From positions 1 through 47,452 of the forward strand of contig CAYJSZ010000002.1 in NCBI GenBank assembly GCA_964372545.1: a DNA stretch of 47,452 nucleotides, given 5' to 3'. A program made the translations under genes and the position numbers. How positions within the stretch are numbered: position 1 is the stretch's first letter; every line of letters begins with the position of its first letter. Source of the stretch: an uncultured Ignavibacteriaceae bacterium. Its GTDB lineage: Bacteria; Bacteroidota; Ignavibacteria; UBA10030. The notes below the pieces were generated by a model. That model saw only the letters and a program-made list of their open reading frames with translations, ran no database searches and was not told where the DNA came from. Of the stretch, positions 47,299 through 47,452 are shown in pieces.

Positions 47299-47452
47299 AA
47301 CAAATCGAGACTGACGACGCTCTAACCAATCCCGTCGAACTGCGACGGGATCCTCAAAATTGCAGTCCCGCAAAGAAACTGCGGGAGCAATTTTGGGACT
47401 GAGCTACCCCGCCAACAAATCGAGACTGACGACGCTCTAACCAATCCCGTCG
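47283..47452. repeat. Tandem 115-bp repeat (1 full unit plus 55 bp of a second, truncated by the window end) carrying 5' tRNA fragments
   Basis: 47283-47337 is repeated exactly at 47398-47452. Read on the minus strand, each unit is: tRNA nt 1-16 (GGCGGGGTAGCTCAGT), a 68-nt double-hairpin insert, tRNA nt ~17-30 (TTGGTTAGAGCGTCG), then the 16-nt spacer TCAGTCTCGATTTGTT. Confidence 0.8.

Noticed and set aside
1-47452. CRISPR arrays, integrases or transposases, prophage genes, toxin-antitoxin pairs, restriction-modification or other known defence modules.
   Set aside because: None of the supported ORFs shows the corresponding motifs, and no spacer-repeat periodicity was seen. The only tandem repeat is the 115-bp tRNA-fragment array, which has no variable spacers.

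Overview
This window reads as mostly core chromosome of a moderately GC-rich (by eye) FCB-group bacterium, Ignavibacteriota/Bacteroidota-like. The lineage markers are a T9SS C-terminal sorting domain, GWxTD, DUF4837, DUF3108, GT9 and a BamA-family gene. I support about 40 protein genes. At the left end, on the minus strand, sit a GH3/beta-lactamase fusion and a GlcNAc-kinase-like gene. A plus-strand block follows: Tat-amidase, a cytochrome c/beta-barrel fusion, YdeI, FkbM, TlpA-DsbD, an outer-membrane barrel, a GxxExxY cassette, two APC permeases, TerC, dnaG, ferredoxin and geranylgeranyl reductase. A long co-directional string from 22.7 to 41 kb then carries a Cys-motif membrane sensor, GT9, DUF3108, a DHS-like gene, a CPBP protease, cdsA, rimO, GWxTD, a BamA-like gene, a UbiA/DGGGPS-like gene, rnhB, yraN, pncB-pncA, cstA and a hybrid histidine kinase. 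The right end holds the conserved minus-strand tilS-hpt-ftsH operon. I found no CRISPR array, transposase, integrase or recognisable defence, toxin or phage module. The unusual signals are largely non-coding. (1) A tRNA(CAU) gene next to tilS is embedded in an array of structured repeats. These include at least two tandem 115-bp units that each carry the first 30 nt of the tRNA, split by a double-hairpin insert, and the array runs off the window edge. (2) A family of TCCC...GGGA hairpin modules shows compensatory stem changes. (3) A stacked-hairpin MITE-like element with terminal inverted repeats occurs twice. (4) A low-GC GxxExxY gene is bracketed by inverted repeats. Two genes carry lesions: a frameshifted T9SS protein and a DUF4837 gene with an in-frame TGA. 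All functional calls rest on motif recognition by eye; no searches were run.
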